NCBI GenBank assembly: GCA_963844965.1
Contig: CAWJQC010000006.1
Span: 1-64,000 of the forward strand
Source of the DNA: an uncultured bacterium
GTDB taxonomy: Bacteria > Patescibacteriota > Minisyncoccia > UBA6257 > 2-01-FULL-56-20
Length of the DNA stretch: 64,000 nucleotides
Direction of reading: 5' to 3'
A program made the position numbers and the translations under genes. The notes under the pieces were generated by a model. The model searched no databases and had not been told where the DNA came from. It worked only from the letters and a program-made list of their open reading frames with translations. How positions within the stretch are numbered: the first letter of the stretch is position 1; each line of letters opens with the position of its first letter. Of the stretch, positions 11,938-20,906 are shown in pieces.

Positions 11938-13419
11938 TTAGTCGGTTATTTGATGTAGCGCTTTCCAAATCGTGTACATCGCGTACGAATCCGTACCGCA
12001 ATATTTTTTCAGCGCTTCGCGCAGCCTTTCGGACTCGGCACCGTTGAGCTCGCCCGAAGCGATTTTCAACCACGTGATCGCCGCCGTCCCGCCCTCACGA
12101 ATATCGAGTTCCTTGTAGCTCAGCTCCGGCGCGAGGACGGGGAGGACATTTTTAATGGAAACCTTACCCCACAAATCTTTATGGACGTAATACTGCTTCG
12201 AAAAAATATCCATGAGATCGTAGATGCGGCTGTTAAAGTCGGTCATGAATCCTTGGAGGTCGGGAATCCTCGCAGCGATGGCTTGATTGATGCTCGACTC
12301 GAATCTTTTATTCCAAACGATGATGGTTCCCTTTGGTCCGATGTACTCTTGGAGCGACGCCGCAAGTGGGCGGCTCGGATCCTCCATGGTGGTACTCAAA
12401 AATTCTTTGTGAATCGGCTCTTCGCCGGGAGCGTTCACGATATGCAGGGAATATTGAAACGGAACGTGGTGATACGGCGAATAGCCGTCGAAGAGCGGTA
12501 TCGCGGACGGATAGGTCTCGTAGTCAATGAAATAAAGTGGGAAGGCCAGTGTTCCCAGCTCTGTCGCGATTTCCGCCTTGCGTGCCGTAGTTCCGGAATT
12601 GAACGCGCGGATCTGCTCCTGCTGGATCTCGCTCAGTCCGATGTGCGTCGGTATCTTGTCCAGCCCGAAAATTCCGGCGTCCACCATCTCTTTCAGCTTT
12701 TTGGGACTATTTCCGATGCGGGCAATGTCATGGACGCCATATTCCGGCACCTGCGGATTCGAATATTTGAAGGTGCTACAGTGCCGCGAGCGACCGCGAT
12801 AAATGCAAATGCAGAAGCCGGGCGGCTCCTTGTCGCTCGACAAATATGCCTTCGCCTCCTCCATCTCTTTTGCCACTACCGACGCGACCTCCTCCACCTT
12901 TACCGTCATGTCGGCGTTGATGAAAAGTTTTTCGAGATCCAACGGCCCAGATCGCACGTATTCGGGATTGAGATGGGTAATGAACGCCTGGTCGATTTTC
13001 AAGCCGCAGCGACGGAGCAATAATACCTGAAACGCGAGGTCGTACAAATGCTCATCCTTCGGCTTCGTTGAAGACTTTATTTCATAGATGATATAGCCGC
13101 CAGTAGCGTTGTTATATTTGAGGACGTCTATCGCAGCCAAGAAGCCATCTTTCTCAAGGACTGGTTGAAAGAGAATGGGCGTCTTCGCGGCGAGAAGTTG
13201 CGCCGTTTTTGCTTGCGCGGCAGCATCCCGGCCCTCGATCAAAATGCCGTCTGGGAAAAGCCCATGGGCGATATCCTCGACTTCGTTGCCGCTTTCCATC
13301 ACGGCTCTATCGAATTCACTCAGCTCGAGGGTGCTATATATGTCCGGCTTGTGAATCCTAATCCACGCGTTCTTCGGACATTCACGCCAGATGATGTAAT
13401 CGGTTTTCGATAGGGCCAT
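11938..13419 (-). CDS. Cas4/RecB-family PD-(D/E)xK nuclease with Fe-S cysteines and a DUF2779-like C-terminal half
   Basis: An N-terminal Cys (WRECPKN) plus the CICIYRGRSRHC cluster, IYEIKSS (the catalytic K region), and a C-terminal FIDYETYPSAIP motif. Confidence 0.55.
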   Translation of the reverse strand: MALSKTDYIIWRECPKNAWIRIHKPDIYSTLELSEFDRAVMESGNEVEDIAHGLFPDGILIEGRDAAAQAKTAQLLAAKTPILFQPVLEKDGFLAAIDVLKYNNATGGYIIYEIKSSTKPKDEHLYDLAFQVLLLRRCGLKIDQAFITHLNPEYVRSGPLDLEKLFINADMTVKVEEVASVVAKEMEEAKAYLSSDKEPPGFCICIYRGRSRHCSTFKYSNPQVPEYGVHDIARIGNSPKKLKEMVDAGIFGLDKIPTHIGLSEIQQEQIRAFNSGTTARKAEIATELGTLAFPLYFIDYETYPSAIPLFDGYSPYHHVPFQYSLHIVNAPGEEPIHKEFLSTTMEDPSRPLAASLQEYIGPKGTIIVWNKRFESSINQAIAARIPDLQGFMTDFNSRIYDLMDIFSKQYYVHKDLWGKVSIKNVLPVLAPELSYKELDIREGGTAAITWLKIASGELNGAESERLREALKKYCGTDSYAMYTIWKALHQITD

Positions 13420-13420
13420 C

Positions 13421-13756
13421 TTATTTTTCGATTTCCCTTACGGCCTTTTCCACCCCTTGCACGTCGAGCATGATGTAATAGGCCCGCTTGCCGCCACGCG
13501 AGATTTCCGTCCGCTTCAAAATACCCGCACTCACCAGCGGCCGTAGGTTGGGAAGCCACTTGATGCTGCTCGTTTCTTGGACTTCCTGCAGCACCCATGC
13601 ACCGGCGAAACCGTGCTCCTTGGTCCGCTTTGCTTCCTTAATGGCTGCCGCCAAAATCGGGAGCCATGTGGGATGATCGCGAAGGAATCGCTGTGTAGCG
13701 ATGTATCCGTTCAGGGGACCAACTTGTTTAGACATGCCGCCATCATATGTCATCAT
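13421..13756 (-). CDS. Small putative winged-helix/DNA-binding protein, first gene of the operon
   Basis: 111-aa ORF whose stop overlaps the nuclease start; an operator-like palindrome lies just upstream. Confidence 0.4.
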   Translation of the reverse strand: MMTYDGGMSKQVGPLNGYIATQRFLRDHPTWLPILAAAIKEAKRTKEHGFAGAWVLQEVQETSSIKWLPNLRPLVSAGILKRTEISRGGKRAYYIMLDVQGVEKAVREIEK

Positions 13757-13788
13757 TCGTCATCATGTCAAATCTCGCAAAAGCATAG

Positions 13789-13833
13789 AAAAAATCCCAT
13801 ATCGGACATGTCCGATATGCCTTGGATTGTCCG
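13789..13833. promoter_or_regulatory. Operator-like site: perfect 20-bp palindrome ATATCGGACATGTCCGATAT plus two extra TGTCCGA half-sites
   Basis: Seen directly; located in the promoter region upstream of 13756. Confidence 0.45.
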
Positions 13834-14154
13834 ATTTGTCCGAAATGGATCTCCGCCTTAAAATTCAAGAGCGACCTCCCGGCTTCGAAAACCGCTTTTC
13901 CAAGAAAGCCCTGAAAGGCTCATCAAAAAGAGGTTCCCGACCGAGGATCACCGCAAATGATTTTGCGTGCTCTTCTGAGCTACGCAAAACCATCTTGTTT
14001 GAGTGGGAGGATTCGAACAGTGGAGGGGGTCGGGGAACTGCTTAGTTCCCCGCGTAGGAGATTATTCAGAACCGAGGGTTCTGAAAAGCGAGCGGAGCGA
14101 GCGCGTTCGAATAGCGAAACGCCTCTCGCCTCCGCAGGAACATACACCCCATTT

Positions 14155-14718
14155 TTATGTAGAGACTTCTTTCTGCGCTCCGGGAGAAGAAAGTATTTTC
14201 TCTAAATTCGGCTTCATAAGCGCGTGCACTGCGATTCCGCAGAGAATTCCGACGAGCGCGCCGCCCAAAATATCAAGCGGCCAGTGAACGCCGACATAAA
14301 TTCGCGCAATGCCGTTTATCGCGGCGAAAGCGAGATACCACCATCCAAGCCTGTGGCTCAAGTAAAACGCCACCACGGCCAAGGAAAAGAAAAAGGCGGC
14401 GTGCCCCGACGGAAAAGAGTAGCCGGATTCGCTCACAAGCGGCGTAAAACTCAGGACGTCAAACGGCCGCGGATAGTGGTAAAAGAATCTCACAACTTCC
14501 GTGATGATGCCGCGCGAGAGAATTACCGCGAGGGCACCCTCCGCGATTATCAAAAAACGCAGTCGCCACTCTCCCCGCCTCCAGGCGTAAAGCAAAAACC
14601 CCAAAACCAAAAAATACGGCAGATACTGCGCGAGGAAAATCCCAACATCATCAAGGACAAAGTTACTCCCCGCGAACTGGTGGATAAATTCAAAAATTTG
14701 CTGATTTAAATTAGCCAT
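14155..14718 (-). CDS. PAP2-family phosphatase (undecaprenyl-diphosphatase-like)
   Basis: SFPSGH and GVHWPLD motifs; multiple TM segments. Confidence 0.8.
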   Translation of the reverse strand: MANLNQQIFEFIHQFAGSNFVLDDVGIFLAQYLPYFLVLGFLLYAWRRGEWRLRFLIIAEGALAVILSRGIITEVVRFFYHYPRPFDVLSFTPLVSESGYSFPSGHAAFFFSLAVVAFYLSHRLGWWYLAFAAINGIARIYVGVHWPLDILGGALVGILCGIAVHALMKPNLEKILSSPGAQKEVST

Positions 14719-14869
14719 GGGCGATTGCGGATTTTTTACACATCACAATCCACGAGTACAATTATAACCGATTTTTCTCTTAGGCGACAAATTCCCGGAA
14801 AAAGAAAAAGGAGGCTTCGGTGAAACCTCCTACGCGAAAACAGTTAGTATGCATTGGTAGAAACTTAGC

Positions 14870-15148
14870 CTAGGGAACGATTCCGATGTCCCACTCGTAT
14901 GTCTCCGGGCCGTCCTCCCCGTCGCGCGCTTTACGCACAAATTCGCGGTACTCCTCGGATTCGCCAAAGACATAAGTGCCCTCTCGCAGAACGATTGGAC
15001 ATCCGAGGAGCGCGCGGACTGCCTGGTCAACAAACCACGCTCTACGACGTTCTTCATAAGTCCCGCCGTATCGCGCAATAAGCTCGAGGGCTTTCTCAGT
15101 CCGAACTCTAAGCTCTTGAACTTCCTTATTTTCGGAGCCGCTCTCCAT
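14870..15148 (-). CDS. Hypothetical small protein
   Basis: ORF only. Confidence 0.4.
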   Translation of the reverse strand: MESGSENKEVQELRVRTEKALELIARYGGTYEERRRAWFVDQAVRALLGCPIVLREGTYVFGESEEYREFVRKARDGEDGPETYEWDIGIVP

Positions 15149-15300
15149 CGGTTTTACCTCCTCGGGCCTTTCGTCTGTCGGTCATTCTGATGCCCAAAAC
15201 AGCTTTCTAAGTTATAGAAAATTTTCTATTAAAAGTCGAGTGTGCGCGCCTAATTCTTAATCTTCCGGCTTTCGCTCAAATCCCAAATACAATTACCGCG

Positions 15301-15504
15301 CTATTTCCGCACATACGGCAGAAGACCCATGAATCTCGCGCGCTTTATCGCTTCGGCGAGTTTCCTCTGATGCTTCGCGCAAACGCCGGTGTGCTTCGGG
15401 TCTATAATCTTCATCTGGCCGGAAATAAAACGCCTCAGGAATTCGGATTCCTTGTAATCAATATACTTTATGTTTTGGGAACAGAAAAAGCACTGCTGCA
15501 GCAT
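15301..15504 (-). CDS. rpsR: 30S ribosomal protein S18
   Basis: KYIDYKESEFLRRFIS...GVCAKHQRKLAEAIKRARFMGLLPY. Confidence 0.85.
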   Translation of the reverse strand: MLQQCFFCSQNIKYIDYKESEFLRRFISGQMKIIDPKHTGVCAKHQRKLAEAIKRARFMGLLPYVRK

Positions 15505-15594
15505 GATGATTAATTGAAAATGTAAAAATCAAAGTTAAAAATGTAAGTTGTCCGCTTCACGAACTCCATAATTTTATATTTTGATTTTTTAATT

Positions 15595-16158
15595 TTATAC
15601 TTTTTTGACCTGCAACGAGTCCAGCTCCACAGCCGTGTCGCGGCCGAAGATCGGCACCATTACCTTGATCCGCCCTTTTTCTTCGTCAATTTCCGAAATC
15701 TTGCCGTCATACTCCTTGAACGGCCCGTCTATTATCTTTACCAAATCCCCCACGCGCAAGTCAACGTTAAATTTGCTCTCCTCTTTGCCGGTGCGCGCGA
15801 GCAGGGCGTCAATTTCATCCTTAGAAAGCGGCGTGGGGTTCGTCGTATCGGTGCCGACAAAGCCTGTCACGCGCGGCGTGTTGCGCACGACATACCATGA
15901 ATCCTCGGAAAGGATCATCTCCACGAGCACGTACCCCGGATAAATCTTTTCTTCAATCGTCTGCCGCTTACCGCCCTTCACTTTTATTTTCTTTTCCTTC
16001 GGGACGACGACGTTGAAAATCTTGTCGCCCATGGCGAGCGACTCCACTCTTTGCTTCAGGTAACGCGCCACCGCTTCCTCATAGCCGGAATAGGTCTGAA
16101 TGGCATACCACTGGCGCAACTTCGGTTTTTCTTTCTCCGCGTTTGGATGGATAATCAT
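15595..16158 (-). CDS. nusG: Transcription antitermination factor NusG
   Basis: NGN domain (WYAIQTYSGYE) and a KOW motif (GDLVKIIDGPFKEYDGKI); canonical position after secE. Confidence 0.85.
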   Translation of the reverse strand: MIIHPNAEKEKPKLRQWYAIQTYSGYEEAVARYLKQRVESLAMGDKIFNVVVPKEKKIKVKGGKRQTIEEKIYPGYVLVEMILSEDSWYVVRNTPRVTGFVGTDTTNPTPLSKDEIDALLARTGKEESKFNVDLRVGDLVKIIDGPFKEYDGKISEIDEEKGRIKVMVPIFGRDTAVELDSLQVKKV

Positions 16159-16162
16159 GGAA

Positions 16163-16351
16163 TTATCTTAAAACAAATGATTTCACGAGGTTCGTAAAAA
16201 TGTAATCAAAAAGCCCCAAAAAAAGCGCGAGCCCCAAAGACAGGCCGATAACGATGGCCGTTAAACGAACGGCTTCATCGCGCGTCGGCCAGTTGACGTG
16301 GCGGAATTCCACGCGCGCCTCCTCAAAAAATTTTTTAATTCTGGCGAACAT
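16163..16351 (-). CDS. secE: Preprotein translocase subunit SecE
   Basis: 62 aa with a single TM segment, immediately upstream of nusG. Confidence 0.7.
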   Translation of the reverse strand: MFARIKKFFEEARVEFRHVNWPTRDEAVRLTAIVIGLSLGLALFLGLFDYIFTNLVKSFVLR

Positions 16352-16386
16352 CTATTTGTACCGAAGTATTTTATATCAAAAATCGT

Positions 16387-18483
16387 TTAGACGTCAAGGT
16401 TCTGCACCGCGGCGGCGTGCGCCTGTATAAATTTCCTGCGCGGCTCCACTTCGTCGCCCATAAGCACACTGAAAAGCTTGTCAGCTTCGGTGGCATCATC
16501 TATCGCAACCTTCCTCAATACTCTGTTCGCCGGATTCATGGTTGTTTCCCAGAGCTGGTCGGGATTCATTTCGCCGAGACCCTTATAGCGCTGGATGCTT
16601 ACTCCGGCAATCTTTTCTCCTTCGCCCGCCGCAGCTTCAGTGGAGGCGGGGCCGCCTTCCATATTGCCTCCCTCGCCGGCTTCGGATTCGGCAATCTCTC
16701 CTTTTGACTCTTCTTTTGACTTTCCTTTTTTGGATTCCGCCTTTTTTGACTGCAGTTCCTTAACTACTTTATCTTTCTCGGTGTCCGAAAAGGCGTAACG
16801 AAACTCTTTGCCGACCTGCACGCGGTAAAGCGGCGGCTGGGCTATATACAAATAGCCGCCCTCTATAATCTTCACGAAGTACCGGTAGAAAAGCGTGAGC
16901 AAAAGCGTCCGGATGTGCGCGCCGTCAACATCGGCGTCGCTCATGAGAATTATCTTGTGATAACGCAGTTTCGCCATGTCAAATTCCTCGGCTATCGCCG
17001 TACCGATGGCCACGACAAGCGCGCGAATTTCGGCGTTGGCGAGCATTTTATCAAGCCGCGCCTTCTCAACGTTTAAAATCTTCCCGCGGAGCGGAAGGAT
17101 TGCCTGCGTCCGGCGGTCGCGTCCGGATTTCGCGCTTCCGCCCGCGCTATCCCCCTCCACGACGAACAATTCCGACTCCGAAGCGTCCCGCGAAGTGCAG
17201 TCGGCCAATTTCCCCGGAAGCGTAAGCCCTTCAAAAGCGCCCTTCCTGAGAACGGTTTCTTTGGCGGCTTTTGCCGCCTGCCGCGCCTTCGCGGTCAAAA
17301 GCACTTTCTGCAGAACATTCCGCGCCTCCTGCGGATGCTTTTCCAAAAATTCCTTGAGTCCCTCGTTCACCACGTTTTCAACCGCAGTCCGCGCGTCGGG
17401 ATTGCCGAGACGCGCCTTCGTCTGCCCCTCAAATTGCGGCTCACGCAACTTCACTGAGACCACGGCCACAAGCCCTTCCCGCGTGTCGTCACTTATCAGA
17501 TTCTCATCTTTTTCCTTCAAATACGCCTCGGACCGCGCGTAGTTATTCAAAGAGCGGGTGAGTGCGGAGCGGAAACCGGTAAGGTGCATACCACCGTCGG
17601 ATGTATAAATATTATTGGCGAAACTCAATTCTTCCGTTTTCACGTCGTCAACGTAAACGAACGCAGCCTCCACTTCCATTTTTTCGTGTTCTTTGTGCAC
17701 ATAAAACATATCCTCCTGCAACGGTTTTTTATTCTGCGCAAGATGTCTCACAAAAGAGAGAAGGCCACCCTCAAAATAAAATCCATGGGCCGTGGGAATT
17801 TTTCCGCGCTTATCCAAAACGTTTATACGCACGCCTTTCGTGAGATAGGCCTGCTGCCGCAGGTGATCCACTATCGTTTTCCAGCCAAAATTGATTTCCT
17901 TGAAAATTTCGGGGTCCGGCGAAAAAATAACTTTCGTGCCGTTATTCTTGCAAGCGCCGATTTTTTTCACCTTCGCTTTGGGTTTCCCGCGCACATATTC
18001 CTGGATATACAGGCCGCCATCGCGGCAAACTTCCACACGCAGCCAATCCGAAAGTGCGTTTACCACCGAAACTCCCACGCCGTGCAAACCGCCGGACACT
18101 TTATACGATTCGCCGCCGAATTTTCCTCCGGCATGAAGCGTGGTCATCACGGTCTCAAGCGCCGACTTTTTTGTCTGCTTGTGAATATCAACTGGAATGC
18201 CGCGGCCGTCGTCCGTCACGGCGACTTTGTTTTCGGGCAGAAGCTCAACCGTGATGTTTTTGGCGAAACCGGCCATCGCCTCGTCAATGGAATTGTCCAC
18301 AACTTCCCAAACCAAATGGTGCAATCCGTCAACTCCCGTCGTGCCGATATACATCCCAGGCCGTTTTCTCACCGGCTCCAATCCTTCAAGAACGTAAATA
18401 TCCTTCGCTTCATACGAAGGCTGTTTTTTGGCTTCCTCTCGGGAAGCCTGTTTTTCCTTTGTTTTACTGGACTTTCTAGGCAT
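16387..18483 (-). CDS. gyrB: DNA gyrase subunit B
   Basis: GHKL ATPase motifs (EVVDNSIDEA, GGLHGVG), Toprim (EGDSAGG), and the C-terminal GyrB tail. Confidence 0.9.
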   Translation of the reverse strand: MPRKSSKTKEKQASREEAKKQPSYEAKDIYVLEGLEPVRKRPGMYIGTTGVDGLHHLVWEVVDNSIDEAMAGFAKNITVELLPENKVAVTDDGRGIPVDIHKQTKKSALETVMTTLHAGGKFGGESYKVSGGLHGVGVSVVNALSDWLRVEVCRDGGLYIQEYVRGKPKAKVKKIGACKNNGTKVIFSPDPEIFKEINFGWKTIVDHLRQQAYLTKGVRINVLDKRGKIPTAHGFYFEGGLLSFVRHLAQNKKPLQEDMFYVHKEHEKMEVEAAFVYVDDVKTEELSFANNIYTSDGGMHLTGFRSALTRSLNNYARSEAYLKEKDENLISDDTREGLVAVVSVKLREPQFEGQTKARLGNPDARTAVENVVNEGLKEFLEKHPQEARNVLQKVLLTAKARQAAKAAKETVLRKGAFEGLTLPGKLADCTSRDASESELFVVEGDSAGGSAKSGRDRRTQAILPLRGKILNVEKARLDKMLANAEIRALVVAIGTAIAEEFDMAKLRYHKIILMSDADVDGAHIRTLLLTLFYRYFVKIIEGGYLYIAQPPLYRVQVGKEFRYAFSDTEKDKVVKELQSKKAESKKGKSKEESKGEIAESEAGEGGNMEGGPASTEAAAGEGEKIAGVSIQRYKGLGEMNPDQLWETTMNPANRVLRKVAIDDATEADKLFSVLMGDEVEPRRKFIQAHAAAVQNLDV

Positions 18484-18568
18484 TAAATATAAAATAGCCG
18501 CACCTCACGGCATCTTAATTTTAGCACAAAACAGAGCGGTTTACCAGTGGAATTTTTGACAAAAAATG

Positions 18569-18603
18569 CCCAAAAACCGCTATTTCGTACAGCGGTTTTT
18601 GGG
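18569..18603. other. Perfect 13-bp stem hairpin (cccaaaaaccgct / agcggtttttggg) in the gyrB upstream region
   Basis: Seen directly. Confidence 0.5.
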
Positions 18604-18755
18604 CGTTGCGGGCAGGATAGGACGATATCCGAACGATTTTGATTCAAGGATCAGGCTGGTAAACCACAAAGTGGGGCCGAATTTTGGCACCCCTTGCTTA
18701 AATTTTTAATCCGATATTTAATTAACTTAGCGGTTTAAATTTTACAGAAACTGAG

Positions 18756-19028
18756 GTGATTATGCCCCACATAGAAATCAAACCCAGGTTAGACGATTTG
18801 GATGATTTAGACCTTGATGAGAATAGCAAAGAACAGATAAAAGCAGCTCGTTTGGAGGCCGCCGATTGCGCTCAAAAGTTGGCTTTACTGTCCGATCATG
18901 CTCTTAACCTTTCTGAAGTCGAGGCTTGTTTAGAAGGATGCCTAACTTCAATCAGGAAGGAAATGAATATTCAGATAATGATCAGAAAAAGCAAAGAAGA
19001 GGAAGGTCGGCTCCCTGCGTCTCCGTAA
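18756..19028 (+). CDS. Hypothetical acidic small protein
   Basis: ORF only. Confidence 0.35.
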   Translation: MIMPHIEIKPRLDDLDDLDLDENSKEQIKAARLEAADCAQKLALLSDHALNLSEVEACLEGCLTSIRKEMNIQIMIRKSKEEEGRLPASP

Positions 19029-19102
19029 CCCGAGCACGAGAAAGGAAATTTGGCTTAAGTCCATAGCTTAAGCCATTTTTTATATAAATTAGATTATTTA
19101 TG

Positions 19103-19120
19103 GTCCTCGGGTAGCGGAGG
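19103..19120. repeat. attL-like direct repeat of the tRNA-Ser 3' end (gcggagggggagggaatc)
   Basis: 17 of 18 nt match 26533-26550. Confidence 0.55.
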
Positions 19121-19277
19121 GGGAGGGAATCTCACACGAACACATGTTTTGCCCCGACCCCCTGACTTTTAAAACCCACGGTTTTTAATATTTTCCTACA
19201 CGGGGCAAAACGGTTCGAATCCCTCGGCTCATAGTTGCAAAAAGAAAACACCTCTTCGGGTGTTCCTTTTTGCAATT

Positions 19278-19365
19278 GCGGTGTCTGCTTGAAAATATCC
19301 GAACCGAACTGAATGGGCTTTTTAACGATAACGGACATAAATAGTTTTTAATCGGAACGGAAAGG
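19278..19365. repeat. IR arm T' (88 bp), perfect inverted copy of 20715-20802
   Basis: Direct comparison. Confidence 0.8.
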
Positions 19366-19397
19366 ACGATTTCAAGTTTTTCTTTGACGGCTTCATT

Positions 19398-20336
19398 TTA
19401 AATTTTTCTATTTTCCGTGTTAGAGCCTGTCGTCAGAAGGTCAGATTCCTTTTCAAATTCTTGCTGATTAATTAAACGCAATAAAAGATGGCGCACTGTG
19501 TAGTTCTTTATTTTGGCTGGATTATTTCCATCCTCAGTTTCAGTTACTACAAATTCATCAAGAGTTATTTTTCTTACCCAACCAGTTTCTAAGTCCATAT
19601 AAATATCTCCTTTGTATTCAGAACCACCCTCTGTTTTAATATATTTATCTTCAGAAGATTTGACAGCCATTTTCAGAGTGCTTTCGCCAGAATCATATCC
19701 AATTATCGCGCAGACAGCTCTATCAACTATGCTTGCTCCCTTAAATTCAAGCGTGACTTCCCCATTGCGAAAAACCGATCCTGGCTTAATAGTTGTGCCA
19801 AGATTAACAGGTGCCTCGCTAAAAGCCGCCGGATGCACAATCTTATCACCTATTAATTTCAATGCATCTATTCCTTTTCCAAAAAGCGGTCTTGAAAAGA
19901 TATCATTCAGAGCGTGAAAATCAATGAAATTATTGTATATTGCATAACAAAATTCAGGAGAAATTTTATTCCCCTTGCTGTCACTTATACCTTCAAATTT
20001 ATCATGCGGAATTCCGAATACAGGGCCTTTATCAAGTACGCCTGACATCCTATTAAATTCATAGTTCCATGATTTGAGTGCAGGAATAGTAACAATATTT
20101 TCAGAATTTAATTGTAAACAAAATTCTTTAATAGTACATTGATCTAATTTTTTCTCTGACAATGTTGCGGGAATGTAGCGGAGTTTTAATGAATATGTTT
20201 CGGTGCCTGTGCGTTTTCCGTCAAACCCCATGTGAATAAACTGGGTTCGCATATGATAATACTGGGTTTCCAGTTTTCGATTAATTGAAAAATCAAATTG
20301 GCATGCGAGATTTTGTAAAAGAGTTTTATTCCCCAT
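19398..20336 (-). CDS. Hypothetical protein (312 aa), the AT-rich cargo of unit A
   Basis: Intact ORF, no motif recognised. Confidence 0.6.
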   Translation of the reverse strand: MGNKTLLQNLACQFDFSINRKLETQYYHMRTQFIHMGFDGKRTGTETYSLKLRYIPATLSEKKLDQCTIKEFCLQLNSENIVTIPALKSWNYEFNRMSGVLDKGPVFGIPHDKFEGISDSKGNKISPEFCYAIYNNFIDFHALNDIFSRPLFGKGIDALKLIGDKIVHPAAFSEAPVNLGTTIKPGSVFRNGEVTLEFKGASIVDRAVCAIIGYDSGESTLKMAVKSSEDKYIKTEGGSEYKGDIYMDLETGWVRKITLDEFVVTETEDGNNPAKIKNYTVRHLLLRLINQQEFEKESDLLTTGSNTENRKI

Positions 20337-20340
20337 ATCT

Positions 20341-20556
20341 TTATTTCATTAAATTATCAATCGTAATGCCAAGTCCGTTGGCAATTTTTACGACAGTCTG
20401 AATAGACGGCTTAGTAATAACATTACTTTCGATTTTAGTAAGCGTTGTGTAGGGAAGGTTGGATTTTCTTGCCAGTTCGTCTTGCGTTAGTTCTTGCTTA
20501 TTCCTAAGCTGTTTTATTTTATCTCCAATCGTTTCCTTGTTGTTTTGACTTTTCAT
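20341..20556 (-). CDS. XRE-family HTH regulator
   Basis: LTQDELARKSNLPYTTLTKIE. Confidence 0.75.
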   Translation of the reverse strand: MKSQNNKETIGDKIKQLRNKQELTQDELARKSNLPYTTLTKIESNVITKPSIQTVVKIANGLGITIDNLMK

Positions 20557-20714
20557 AGTTTCCTAAGTATGATAGTATTAGTATGGGTGCTTATTTGACC
20601 CTTCATAATTATACTAACAAATTTTATGAGATTAGTCCACTCAAAAAATAAAAATCCGCTTTTAGCCTGTATAAAGTACGAGCCGACATTTTTGACGGGT
20701 TCTTTGGCAGTTTG

Positions 20715-20802
20715 CCTTTCCGTTCCGATTAAAAACTATTTATGTCCGTTATCGTTAAAAAGCCCATTCAGTTCGGTTCGGATATTTTCAAGCAGACACC
20801 GC
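20715..20802. repeat. IR arm T
   Basis: Inverted copy of 19278-19365; ends with the core caccgc. Confidence 0.8.
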
Positions 20803-20880
20803 CAGTTAAGAAATGGCTCGCCTTGCAGTCGGGCTCGCCAGCCGTTTTGTGGGGAAATTTCAAGCCGTTTCGCATTAAGA
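20797..20880. repeat. IR arm P (84 bp), perfect inverted copy of 22265-22348 (the 3' end of recombinase 1)
   Basis: Direct comparison. It lies 26 bp upstream of the recombinase 1 start codon. Confidence 0.85.
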
Positions 20881-20906
20881 AAGGCTAAAAGCAGATTTTC
20901 TAAAAT

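Noticed and set aside
13960-14070. Possible tRNA (GGATTCGAAC motif)
   Set aside because: No acceptor or T-stem complementarity could be found.
16976-18486. Long plus-strand ORFs (16976..17542, 17584..18486) opposite gyrB
   Set aside because: Shadow ORFs of a high-GC, well-conserved minus-strand gene; the proteins are low-complexity.
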